From assembly GCF_963921235.1 (NCBI RefSeq), contig NC_086101.1:868001-932000 (forward strand): a stretch of DNA of 64,000 nt, given 5' to 3'. Below, one piece after another: positions 53,590 to 64,000 of the stretch. The notes beneath the pieces are model-generated. The model did not search any database. It was not told the origin of the DNA and worked only from the letters and a program-made list of their open reading frames with translations. The DNA is from Mobula hypostoma (Eukaryota). How positions within the stretch are numbered: position 1 is the stretch's first letter; each line of letters begins with the position of its first letter. Made by a program: the position numbers and the translations under genes.

Positions 53590-53930
53590 CCGCTGGAGCT
53601 CAGCTCTCTCTGAGAGATCCATCGTCTCCTATTCCCTCGTTAGCCGGAAGCTCCTCGGGGCCCGTACGGATCGTGGAGCTGAGAGAGAGGGAAGAGAGCA
53701 GGATTGTCCCGGGATTACGGACCACGGTGTTCGGAGCAATTGCCCCTCAGTCGGTGTGAAAACTTTCGGCCGGAGATTAACTCTTACCTACCGCTGATTC
53801 TTCAGAGGCCTTCAGTGTACTGCGCACTGCGCGCATGCGTGATATTCGGTAACGTCATCAACCTTGACGCCTGCGCATTTGATCGGTGCTTCAGCGACGG
53901 CGATTTTGTTTACGCATGGCGTTCTGGGTA
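53590..53930 (-). promoter_or_regulatory. CpG island, putative promoter and first exon of ZNF-B
   Basis: CpG-dense, with NRF1-like GCGCATGCG and GCCTGCGCA, CRE-like ACGTCA and a minus-strand donor cagcg|GTAGGT at about 53786-53791. Confidence 0.5.
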
Positions 53931-54088
53931 ATCAAGCCACCATTAAACGTTTCTGCCAGCCCCTTTTCCATCCCGTGGATTTTTTAACGCAAAAAACAGG
54001 AATTCTGCAGATGCTGGAAAATCAAGCAACACACATCAAAGTTGCTGGTGAACGCAGCAGGCCAGGCAGCATCTCTAGGAAGAGGTGC

Positions 54089-54124
54089 AGTCAACGTTTC
54101 AGGCCGAGACCCTTCATCAGGACT
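54089..54124 (-). ncRNA. Minimal hammerhead ribozyme motif (intact) within Penelope repeat 53992-54146
   Basis: AGTC-CTGATGA-AGGgtctcggCCT-GAAA-CGTT-GACT. Confidence 0.75.
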
Positions 54125-55729
54125 AACTGAAGGAAGAGTTAGTAAGAGTTGTTGGTGTCATTTAAGTCTGATTCTTAATCTCGGGTCAAATTTTATCTGC
54201 ATGATCTTTTCCTCTTTCTATAATATTGGCACTGATTTCTGTGTCCTCTTGGATCCATCCATCAAATAAGTAATTAACCTTGAATCACATCTGTGATGAA
54301 CAAATCACTTGTCTGTATGCCCAACAATAGAATTCCAACTCTGTCCTTGTTGAAGCAATGGTAGAGATGAGATCTTGGCTGTGTCTTCATTTTTTTTCAG
54401 AGCTGCATACTGCTTAAACTAAAAGATGTCCTGATGAAAGGTTTTGGCCCAAACTGTTGACTGTTTATTTCTTTCCATAGATGCTACTTGGTGTGCTGAG
54501 TTCCTCTATTTTGTCTTTGTGTCCCCAAAGATGCCCTTGGGACATTTTGTTTTTTTTTGTCTCAGAGTTGCTCCTTAATTGCATTCTTGATCCACACAGC
54601 AATTTCTAAAGAATGCAGTGTTCAAATACTCAGCCTTGTTGATGACGCTCAGTAATGTCAGCTATTGATACTCTGAAGCATAGAACTGACAATTCTTTCT
54701 GCAGTTGTCCATGTGGGGCAGGGTGTGTGCACAACAGAACAGTTAAGTCTCTAGCAGGTTAGCTCACTGAGAAGTCAGATTGTTCACTTGCACTGAATTC
54801 CCTACTTGCCAGATTCCTATATTTTGTTCTTTAGGAGCATTATCGCACATGATTCAGTTTAGTCCTTCTTCCAGCCTTTCAGTTATGACCCCTTTCACTG
54901 GAATTTTTTTTTACTTGATGCAGCATGCGCTTATCAATGGAACACTGCAGCAAACGATGCATGGTAATTGGTTAGAAAGTCAATGAGGGTTTGGATAAGA
55001 AGGCATAATAAATGCCACTTCTCAAAGGAGAGAAATCTTTTGTAACCTGAAGGAACTATGCATCTGCTTAAAACTCAGTTGCACTAATTGAAATTGATGC
55101 AGTGAAATGGCAGAACCTTATCAGCTGTACAGTATTCCTGATTATTTCCCACTTCATGTTCCATTATGATCTAACCCCTTTCTGGGCCAATTTGACTTCT
55201 CAGAATAGGCTACTTTGCTCTCGTCAGGATTAAATTCTATTTGCCAACTACCTGCCCAATGTTTCAATAGCAAACACTAATTTTGTCAACTGTAACTTGC
55301 TAATCTTGCCTCTTACATGGACATCTAAGTGAATATATTTCATGAGCAGCCAAGGATGAAGCGTTGATCTCATCATACACCACTTGTAACAGCTCCTATT
55401 TGAGGAAGTACCCTTTCATTACTACCAAGCTAACTTTGGATTCAATTAGCCAGCTTACCGGGATGCCAATTGTTCCTCAACCTTTTGGACAGTAGACTAT
55501 GCAGCTTGTTGTCAAATGCCTTGAATCCATATAGGCAACAGCTGCCCTGCTTCAGACTCCTTTGTTATCCCTGAGTTTAAAAAACTCAGATTTCCTCCTC
55601 AAAGCCATGCAGGCTATCTAATCAGTCCCTGCCTCTCCAAAAGAATGCAAATCCTGTCAAGTATTTTCTCAAATAATTACCCCACTGCTAACTTATTTTT
55701 AAAAACCCTTACTAACTCTTCCTTCAGTT

Positions 55730-55765
55730 AGTCCTGACGAAGGGTCTCGGCCTGAAACGTCGACT
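55730..55765 (+). ncRNA. Minimal hammerhead ribozyme motif (intact) within Penelope repeat about 55706-55825
   Basis: AGTC-CTGACGA-AGGgtctcggCCT-GAAA-CGTC-GACT, identical to the motif at 642-677. Confidence 0.8.
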
Positions 55766-56932
55766 GAACCTCTTCCTAGAGATGCTGCCTGGCTTGCTGC
55801 GTTCACCAGCAACTTTTATGTATGTTCCGTGGATTTTTTGTTTGTGTAGAAAACTCAGCAGCTGTTTTAACGTAGAAAACGGCTCCCATAAACAATATAC
55901 TCAATATCAACAGGTATTCCGTGTATCTAATGCTTAAGTACAATCCTCTTACAAATGCAGATATGAAACACAAGAGATTCTGCAGTTGCTGGAAATACAG
56001 CGACGCACACAAACACAAATGCTGGAGGAACTCTACAGTTCAGGCAACAACTAAGCAGAGGAGTATACAGTCTAGGCATTCTGAAGGGGCCCGGCCTAAA
56101 TGTTGTCTATTTACTCCTCTCCACCTTTACTTATACTTTATACTTTATTGTCGCCAAACAAATTGATACTGGAACATACAATCAGCACAGCAATATTTGA
56201 TTCTGCTCTTCCCGCTCCCTGGATTACAAATATTAAAAATTAAAAACATTAAAAATAGTAAATATTAGTAAATATTTAAAAATTAAATTATAAGTCATAA
56301 ATAGATAATAGAAAAATGGAAAGTAAAGTAGTGCAAAAAAAATCGAGAGGCAGGTCTGGATATTTGGAGGGTACAGCCCAGATCCGGGTCAGGATCCATT
56401 CAGCAGTCTTATCACAGTTGGAAAGAAGCTGTTCCCAAATCTGGCTGTACGAGTCTTCAAGCTCCTGAGCCTTCTCCCGGAGGGAAGAGGGACAAAAAGT
56501 GTGTTGGCTGGGTAGGTCGTGTCCTTGATTATCCTGGCAGCACTGCTCCGACAGCGTGCGGTGTAAAGTGAGTCCACGGACGGAAGATTGGTTTGTGTGA
56601 TGTACTGCGCCGTGTTAACGATCTCCTGCAGCTTCTTTCGATCTTGGACAGGACAACTTCCATACCAGGTTGTGGTACACCCTAGAAGAATGCTTTCTAC
56701 GGTGCATCTATAAAAATTAGTGAGAGTTTTAGGGGACAGGCCAAATGTCTTTAGTTTTCTCAGGAAGTAAAGGCACTGGTGGGCCTTCTTGGTAGTGAAC
56801 TCTGCTTGGTTGGACCAAGTCAGGTCATTTGTGATATTGACCCCGAGGAACTTAAAGCTTTTGACCTGTTCCACTTGCGCACCTCCGATGTAAATTGGGT
56901 CGTGCGGTCCGCTACTCCTTCTGAAGTCAACA

Positions 56933-57316
56933 GTCTCTGACGGTGGTGACTCTCTGACGGTGGTGTCTGAAAAGAGGATGCTGTCTAAGTTGCATGCCAT
57001 CTTGGACAATGTCTCCCATCCACTACATAATGTACTGGTTGGGTACAGGAGTACATTCAGTCAGAGACTCATTCCACCGAGATGCAACACAGAGCGTCAT
57101 AGGAAGTCATTCCTTCCTGTGGCCATCAAACTTTACAACTCCTCCCTTGGAAGGTCAGACACCCTGAGCCAAAAGGCTGGTCCTGGACTTATTTCCTGGC
57201 ATAATTTATATATTACTATTTAATTATTTATGGTTTTATTACTATTTAATTATTTATGGTGCAACTGTAACGAAAACCAATTTCCCCCGGGATCAATAAA
57301 GTATGACTATGACTAT
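56933..57316 (+). mobile_element. Second Rex1-type 3' fragment nested in opposite orientation
   Basis: Reads HPLH...RCNTERHRKSFLPVAIKLYN, then AATAAA and a (TATGAC)n tail. AACA is duplicated at 56929-56932 and 57317-57320. Confidence 0.85.
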
Positions 57317-57592
57317 AACAACCAATTCCTTCGTCTTGCTAACGTTGAGGGATAGGTTGTCTTCGCACCATGCCACCAGGTTCTCAATTTCCTCTCTGTA
57401 CTCAAACTCATCATTACCCGAGATATGGCCTACAATTGTTGTGTCATCAGCAAACTTATATATTGAGTTCGATGGAAACTTGGCTGCACAATCATGGGTG
57501 TACAGTGAGTACAGCAGGGGGCTGAGTACACAGCCTTGTGGGGCACCGGTGCTCAGAGTGATTGTAGAGGAGAGCTTGTCCCCATTTTTACA

Positions 57593-57969
57593 AAATAATC
57601 TGCAGATGCTGGGATTAAAGCAACACTCACAGCACGCTGGAGGAACTCAGCAGGTCGGGCAGCATCAGTGGAAACGATGAGTCGACGTTTCAGGCCGGAA
57701 CCCTTCGTCAGGACTGAATAAAGAAGGAGGGGGAAGGATTTGAAGAATGCTTGTAGGTTCAGTCCTGCCTATGACGTCCCTGCTTCCCCTCCCCCACCCC
57801 TTTGTCTTTCAAACTATTGGTCTTTCAACTGAACCTACAAGCATTCTTCAAATCCTCCCCCCTCCTTCTTTACTCAGTCCTGACGAAGGGTTCCGGCCCG
57901 AAACGTCCACGCATCGTTTCCACTGATGCTGTCTGACCTGCTGAGTTCCTCCAGCATGCTGTGAGTGTT
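57593..57969. mobile_element. Fold-back Penelope pLTR insertion with two opposed hammerhead motifs (57680-57715 minus, intact; 57876-57911 plus, stem I damaged)
   Basis: Arms at about 57622-57763 and 57828-57969 are reverse complements. Flanked by TCCCCATTTTTACA and TCCCCTATTTTTACA. Confidence 0.85.
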
Positions 57970-59559
57970 CCCCTATTTTTACAGCCTAGGTCCTGTCTGT
58001 GAGGAAGTTGAAGATCCAGCTGCAGATCTGAGTGCTAAGGCCCAGGTTCCAGAGCTTAGTTGGAATGATGGCATTAAAAGCCGAGCTGTAGTCAATGAAA
58101 AGGAGCCTTACGTATTCGTCTTTATTCTCCAGGTGTTCTAAGGAGGAATGTAGGGCCAGACAGATGGCATCTGCCGTTGACCTATTGCTCCAGTAGGTGA
58201 ATTGCAAAGCGTCGAGGTTGACCGGTAGGCTGTGGTTGATGTGTGCCATAACCAACCTCTCGAAGCACTTCATAGCAATTGACGTTAGAGCCACAGGACG
58301 ATAGTCATTCAGGTATGTCACCTTGCTCTTCTTCGGCACTGGAATTATCGTTGCCTTCTTAAAACACGAGGGGATCTTAGACTGAAGCAAGGAGCAGTTG
58401 AAGATGTCAGCAAGCACTCCAGCTAGCTCGCTTGCACAGGCCTGGAGAACCCGTCCTGGGACGCCATCTGGGCCCGTCGCCTTCCTTGGATTTATCTTCA
58501 GGAAGGCCCTTCTGACATCCTCCTCGGTGACGATGAATCTCGATGTCACCAGGTCCGGTTCATCCGGAGGGAGCGGGACGCTCCTCTTCTGTTCAAATCT
58601 TGTGTAGAATACGTTAAGTTCGTCAGGAAGAGAAGCGCCACAGTTATTGATATTCCCAGCCTTTTCTTTGTGCCCAGTGATCTCATTTAGAACCTGCCAT
58701 AGTCTACTGGCATCCCTCTGGTTAGCCTGGGCTTCCAACTTGGCTCGATATTACCTCTTGGCGCCCTTAATGGCTTCCCAGAGTTCACGCCTGGATTCCG
58801 TGTAGCGACTGGTATCCCCGGACCTAAAAGCCGCAGCTCTAGTCTTTAAAAGGGACTCAACTTCATAATTCATCCAAGGTTTCCGGTTAGGGAATACCTG
58901 GATCATCTTGCGAGACACACAGTCCTCTGTGCATTTCCAAATAAAGTCCGTGACAGCTGAAGCATACTCATCGAGGTTAGCTGCTGAGTCCTTGAATACT
59001 AACCAGTCCACCGATTCAAAGCAGTCACGGAGGACCTCATCCGTTTCCTCCGTCCAGCGCGACACTATTTTTGACACCGTGACCTCCGCTTAAGTTTCTG
59101 TTTGTAAGCCGGGAGGAGGAGTGCGGCCTGATGGTCCATTTGTTGCCTGATCTGCTGATTTCCCCCAGTATTTTGCAGAAACTAACCATTTTTTTTCAAT
59201 TAACTAGTTTCCAAATGTTTCTCATCTTTCATTTGTAGCCACATTCTGCTGGTCTGATTCCTCTTCCTCCTCCTCCTCGTAAACTCTAGGCCCCATCTCT
59301 TTCTGGAGCCCCAAGGCCCTGACTAATGCTGGCATCTCTTTGGTTTCTGACTCTGCTCCATCGAAGATTCCCTCACTAGTCTTCTGTCAGCCTTCAGAGG
59401 CGCATTGCAACAAACCAGCTGTCTCAGGCACAGTTCTTTGAAATTAGTAAAATTGACCCAAAACATTGAAGAACAGGGAAGAAGGAACTTAACCACCTCA
59501 GACCAGAGCCCTGAAGAACGTCAAAACCATAGTGTGCTCATTGTCTTATTCAGCCTGGC

Positions 59560-59955
59560 GAAAGTCATGCAGGAAATTCATGCAGATGTAGAAGCTGATA
59601 AGAGGCATTGGTCGTGTGAATAGCCAGAGTTGTTGTTTTTCTTCCCCAGGGCTGAAATGGCTAAAACGAGAGGGCTTACTTTTAAGGTGCTTGTAAGAAG
59701 TTGCAAGGGAGATATCAGTGGTAAGTTTTTTTACACAACGAGTCGTGGGTGTGCGGAAAGCACTGCCAGTGACAGTGGTAGAGGTGGATACAATAGGGTC
59801 GTTTAAGAGAATCTTAGATAGGTACATGGAGCTTAGAAAAATAGAGGGCTATGCAGTAGGGTAATCCTAGGCGTTTTCTACAGTAGTTTACACAATCGGC
59901 ACAATATTGTGGGTCGAAGGGCCTATAACGTGCTGTAGATTTTTATGATTCTATG
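59560..59955 (+). mobile_element. Old CR1 3' fragment
   Basis: FFTQRVVGV-like segment and CR1 3' UTR. Confidence 0.75.
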
Positions 59956-60204
59956 AAATTCAAGGGAAATCTCTTCTCCCACAGAGTGGTGACTAGTTGC
60001 AACCTGTCATCACAGGCAGAGTGAGAGGTGAACGGCAGGGATAGATTTTAAAATACTGATATAGAACAGAAACATGGGCAGGGACCAGATGGACTGAGTG
60101 GCCTCTCTAGTGTACATTATGAGTGTTGCTGAGACAGCAAGTACCTGCGACACAGGATTTGATACAGAACTGATCTATCTCTCACAGATCCACAATATTA
60201 AACC

Positions 60205-60362
60205 CCAACACGAGGAAATCTGCAGATGCTGGAATTTCAAGCAACACACATGGTGAACTCAGCAGGCATTCGTCCTGAAGGGTCTCAGCCCGAAACGTCG
60301 ACTGTACCTCTTCCTATAGATTCTGCCTGGCCTGCTGCATTCACCAGCAAATTTTATGTGCA
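60205..60362. mobile_element. Penelope pLTR-derived repeat with an internal orientation switch and a deleted hammerhead core
   Basis: 60205-60268 matches the family in one orientation and 60271-60362 in the other (GTC-CTGA---AGGG...GAAACGTCGACT). Confidence 0.7.
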
Positions 60363-60399
60363 CATTAAACCCCAGTCTGGTTTAAGGCTAACATCAGCA

Positions 60400-60750
60400 G
60401 AACAGCCTCCTCCAATGCTCAGTGACCAGAGTTCAGTCCTGGGTGCGATGAGCAGCCACAAGAACTGCAGAATCTGACAGTATCAGTCCCTCATGAACCT
60501 GCAGCTGCCTTCAGTCACCGTGATGGTTAAACATTTAACACAGAGCTGATCTGAACTTCCTCCCTGATGTGAAGCTGCAGTTGTTGCAGCAGCTGGGATG
60601 ATTGAGTAAACCTCTTTGCTCACTCCGGACAGAAATGTGGCCTCTGCTTATTGTGAACTCACCGGAGCTTCACAAGGTGGTTAATTGAACAAGTCTCTTG
60701 GCACACACGGAGCAGGTGAACGGCCGCTTCCCAGTGCGAAGCTGCTGGAC
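60400..60750 (-). pseudogene. Degenerate terminal fingers and 3' region of a third ZNF paralogue
   Basis: Minus strand reads [14 protein letters not shown] and [10 protein letters not shown], with stops and frameshifts. Confidence 0.65.
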
Positions 60751-60772
60751 TTTTGGACAAAATGAAGGATGT

Positions 60773-63030
60773 TGTCACGCTGCATTGATCACAGGGCCAA
60801 ACAGTTAAACAAAGCGGGGATTGTATTAGCAAAAGAACGAGAGGAAAAACAAAACAGTAGAACATATAGGATACTGGATAACTCGGCCAGAAATACACTG
60901 GGCAAAGATCAGGCCGACCAAGCCCAGGGAATTAGCTCTGTCCCTTTAGATATACTCCAGGGCACGAAGGAGTCCGTGCCCAGACTCGGGACAAGTTTAC
61001 AGGTAATCAATCTGACGAGAAGCAAATATCCAAGTGTACTTAATTGGATTCATGGAAAGTCTCAAGGAGAATTCATTCGAAGTTTCCAAGAATAATTGCA
61101 ATGTGATGGTAAACTATAGAAGACACAACTCCAACACATAAAAAACACGAAGTGCAATAATACATTATAACTATAATTAATAAAACTCAGAGATCACACA
61201 AAAAGCAGCAAAAAAAAACAGAGACCTGAGGATACTCTACCACCGACCCGAGGTTGCGACAGATCCCGTCCCACTATGGCCGGCACCTGACAGCCCGGTA
61301 CTGTCTGGAATGTCCTTTGGGATTCTGAATTAAACATAGAAACATAGAAAATAGGTGCAGCAGTAGGCCATTCGGCCCTTCGAGCCTGCACCGCCATTTA
61401 TTATGATCATGGCTGATCATCCAACTCAGAACCCTGCACCAGCCTTCCCTCCATACCCCCTGATCCCCGTAGCCCCAAGGGCCATTAAGGACAGAATCCA
61501 AATCATCCCTGGTTCCTCTGGACCATATCTCTCTCAAACTACTAAGTGTTGTAGTTGTGCCTTTAATTTCCATGAGCGAAGCAGTCCATGGGCTGTGCAG
61601 ACTGATTCGCCGCCGATGGTCCTCGGTGGTGAGGGGCAGGGGGCAGGAGAAGGGGGAGGCATGTGCTGCTTCCGATTCGGGACCAGATAGGGACAACGTA
61701 AGAGTTTAAATCCGATACATGCAAGCCGGGATGAATTTTTAGAGGATGAGGAAAATGTAATGTGCATATTGCGCCGCATTTTTCCTCTTGACTTTAAGGA
61801 GACCGATAAAGCGAGAGGCTAGTTTCCGCGATTCCAGTTTGAGCAGACGACCTTTAGTTGAATGCACACCCGCTTATCAATATTAAAAGAGGGGCCAAGC
61901 CGCCTGTCTGTTGGCCTCAGCCTGCTGCCCGGGCTGAACTTTCTTTCAGAGTTTTTTTCCATTAAGACAGCTTTGAATAGATTATTCGGCGGAGGGGAAC
62001 CCGACATCTGATTCCTGATCAGGAGACAGAGCGGGCAGAAACTCAATTTGGCATTCGAATGGGGTCATACCCAGTGGTGAATGCTGAAGGGTATTGTGGG
62101 CGAACTCGGCCCGGATTAAATGGTTACTCCAAGAGGAGAGATGACTGGACAGAAGACAGAGAACGGCTCACTCCAGGTCCCGGTTTGTCCTCTCAGCCCG
62201 TCCATTAGTCTGAGGGTAGAAGCCTGAGGAAAGACAAGAGGTAGTGCCGAGCAGCCTACAAAGTGCTTGCCGGAGATTGGAGGTGAATTGGGACCTCTGC
62301 CCGAAACAATATCTGTGTGAAAACCTTCATACGGAAACCCTGTCTGTGCAAAATCTTGCGGTCTGCCGGGAGAATGGTAGTTTATTTCGAACAATGTATC
62401 CACAAGCCTTGCGAAACTTATGCAACACAACTAAAATAGTAGTAAAGGAATGTGATGGGGAAAGGCAGATAATAATATCTAGAGAACGGTGAGACCGGGC
62501 CGTGCTTATCTCAAAAACCCCTGCATTCCCCAGGCCCGGAAGGCTGAGCTCAGAAACGTTGATAATTTCCTTTTCCATTTCAGATTATGCTTGACCCCAT
62601 CCTCCATGAGATGTCAGCTGTTACAGAAATCTGGGCATTTGCCTGGATGTTGCGTCCGATAGCAGGTCCAGGACTTTAGGGAGTGCACGGAAGTCAGCGT
62701 GGATACTTGAGAAGTGGAGTTTACCCTTAATACAAATACAGTTCAGGTCTGATTGTGCAAACAACGTGAAACATTTGAGTTGGTGTAAATGAGACAACAT
62801 GCTGGTGGAGGCTTCGTGGTCTGAGAGGGAGAGATTGACAGTGACAGGAACATCGCGACATGTCTGATAAAGACTTGGAAGGAGCTCTCTGATACCGCAC
62901 TCTGATGGAGATGGGTTCACCAGGAGTCTTCAAAGGTAACTGCATACATAGATGATGGGCCATTCATGTGTAGATATTGAAAGGATATAGGAAGCACAGT
63001 TAACGAGAGGACTCAAATAATAGTCAGCGC
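60773..63030 (-). mobile_element. Decayed chromovirus-type (Sushi-like) Gypsy: integrase, chromodomain and LTR at 60773-61292
   Basis: Minus-strand SHRSLDII...TTILVV, DIVSGRGP, QTNGRAERTN, AEFAHN...GMTPFEC and a chromo-like LQHLVV*ERYGPEE. The LTR is bounded by TGTCA...TGACA. A CR1 tail is nested at 61335-61488. Confidence 0.78.
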
Positions 63031-63039
63031 AAAGAAGGT

Positions 63040-63920
63040 AAGACCATAAGACCATAAGATATAGGCGCAGAATTACTCCATTTGGCCATCGAGTTTGCTC
63101 CGTCATTTCATCATGGCTGATCTAATTTTCCTTTCATCACCAATCTCCTGCCTTCTCCTATTTCCCTTTCATCTCCCTGAATAATGAAGAACCACTCACC
63201 TTCCGCCTTAAATATTCAAAAAGACGCGGCCTCCGCAGCTGCGAGTGGCAAATAATTGCACAAATGCACCACTCCCTGGCTGAAGAAATACATCCTTATT
63301 GTCGTTCTAAAAGGACACTCCTCTATTCTGAGGCTGTGTCCTCTGATCCTGGACCCTCTCTCCAGAGACAACATCCTTTCCTCATCCACTCTGTCAAGGC
63401 CGTCACCATTCGATACGTTTCAATGAGGTCGCCCTTTATTCTAGTGAATACAGGTCCAGAGCCATCCAACGCTTTTCATATGTCAAGACGTTCAATCCTG
63501 GAATGATTTTCGAGAATGAATCCCTCTGTAGCCTCAGAACATCCTTTCTCAGATAGTCCCTAAAACTGACAACAATACTCAAAGTGAGGCCTTACCAGTG
63601 CTGTATAAAGTTTCAGCATTAAATTAGATGGTCCAGTGACCTCTTCTGTACGGCTAACTGGGATAACTGTGGAGAAATTACTTTAGTCAGGTAAATCTGT
63701 GGAATTTGTTGCCACGAGCGGCTGTGGACTTCAAGTCATTGGGTGTATACAAGACAGAGATAGATAGGCTCTTGATTAGCCAGGGCATCAAAGGATAGGG
63801 GGTGAAGTCAGGGGAGTGGAGATGACTGGATGAAATGGATCAGCCCATGACTGAATGGCGGAGCAGACTCGATGGGCCGAATGGCCTACTCCTGCTCCTA
63901 TATCTTATGGCCTTATGTTC
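63040..63920. mobile_element. Two opposed CR1 3' fragments
   Basis: (TAAGACCA)n tail at about 63040 (minus) and the mirror-image tail at about 63900-63920 (plus). Confidence 0.8.
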
Positions 63921-64000
63921 TTAATTCACAGATGGTCAGAGATTCTCCTTTCTCAAAGTGCGACCATCTCTCTCTCTCTCTCTCTCCCTTCCCCCATTAT

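Larger units (their letters stand above)
56125..59135 (-). mobile_element. Rex1/Babar LINE, 5'-truncated, hosting two nested insertions
   Basis: ORFs 57986-58738 (KATGPDG, LNDYRPVALTS, FIDYSSAFN) and 56389-57009 (LYFLRKL, FYRCTVESIL). (TATACTT)n tail. Confidence 0.92.

Noticed and set aside
61490..63030. Non-retroviral endogenous viral element
   Set aside because: Manual translation gave Gypsy integrase and chromodomain motifs.

Overview
This is a repeat-dense vertebrate genomic window; the repeat landscape and finger style suggest a cartilaginous fish, which is inference only. The ORF track is mostly noise from transposons and shadow frames. The backbone is a tandem cluster of minus-strand C2H2 zinc-finger genes spaced about 29 kb apart: ZNF-A (2328-3893, 17 canonical fingers), ZNF-B (32072-34930, 33 fingers in a minisatellite-like array) and the decayed 3' tail of a third (about 60.4-60.75 kb). 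ZNF-A and ZNF-B sit in paralogous blocks (about 2.3-23.5 kb and 32-53.2 kb). Each block carries a copy of the same internally deleted class I endogenous retrovirus, which has a tRNA-Ser PBS, no PR/RT and non-matching 5' and 3' LTRs. Identity between the blocks is patchy, suggesting gene conversion. The rest is nested transposons: many CR1 LINEs, Rex1, L1, R4/Dong, Tc1, hAT/Buster, three Gypsy lineages (Gmr1-like with IN before RT, CsRn1-like, chromovirus) and Penelope-like repeats. The Penelope-derived repeats carry about ten minimal type I hammerhead ribozyme motifs, four of them apparently intact. They include a two-ribozyme fold-back and one copy in sense orientation downstream of the ZNF-A stop codon. 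All alignments were done by eye, and boundaries of old repeats are approximate.
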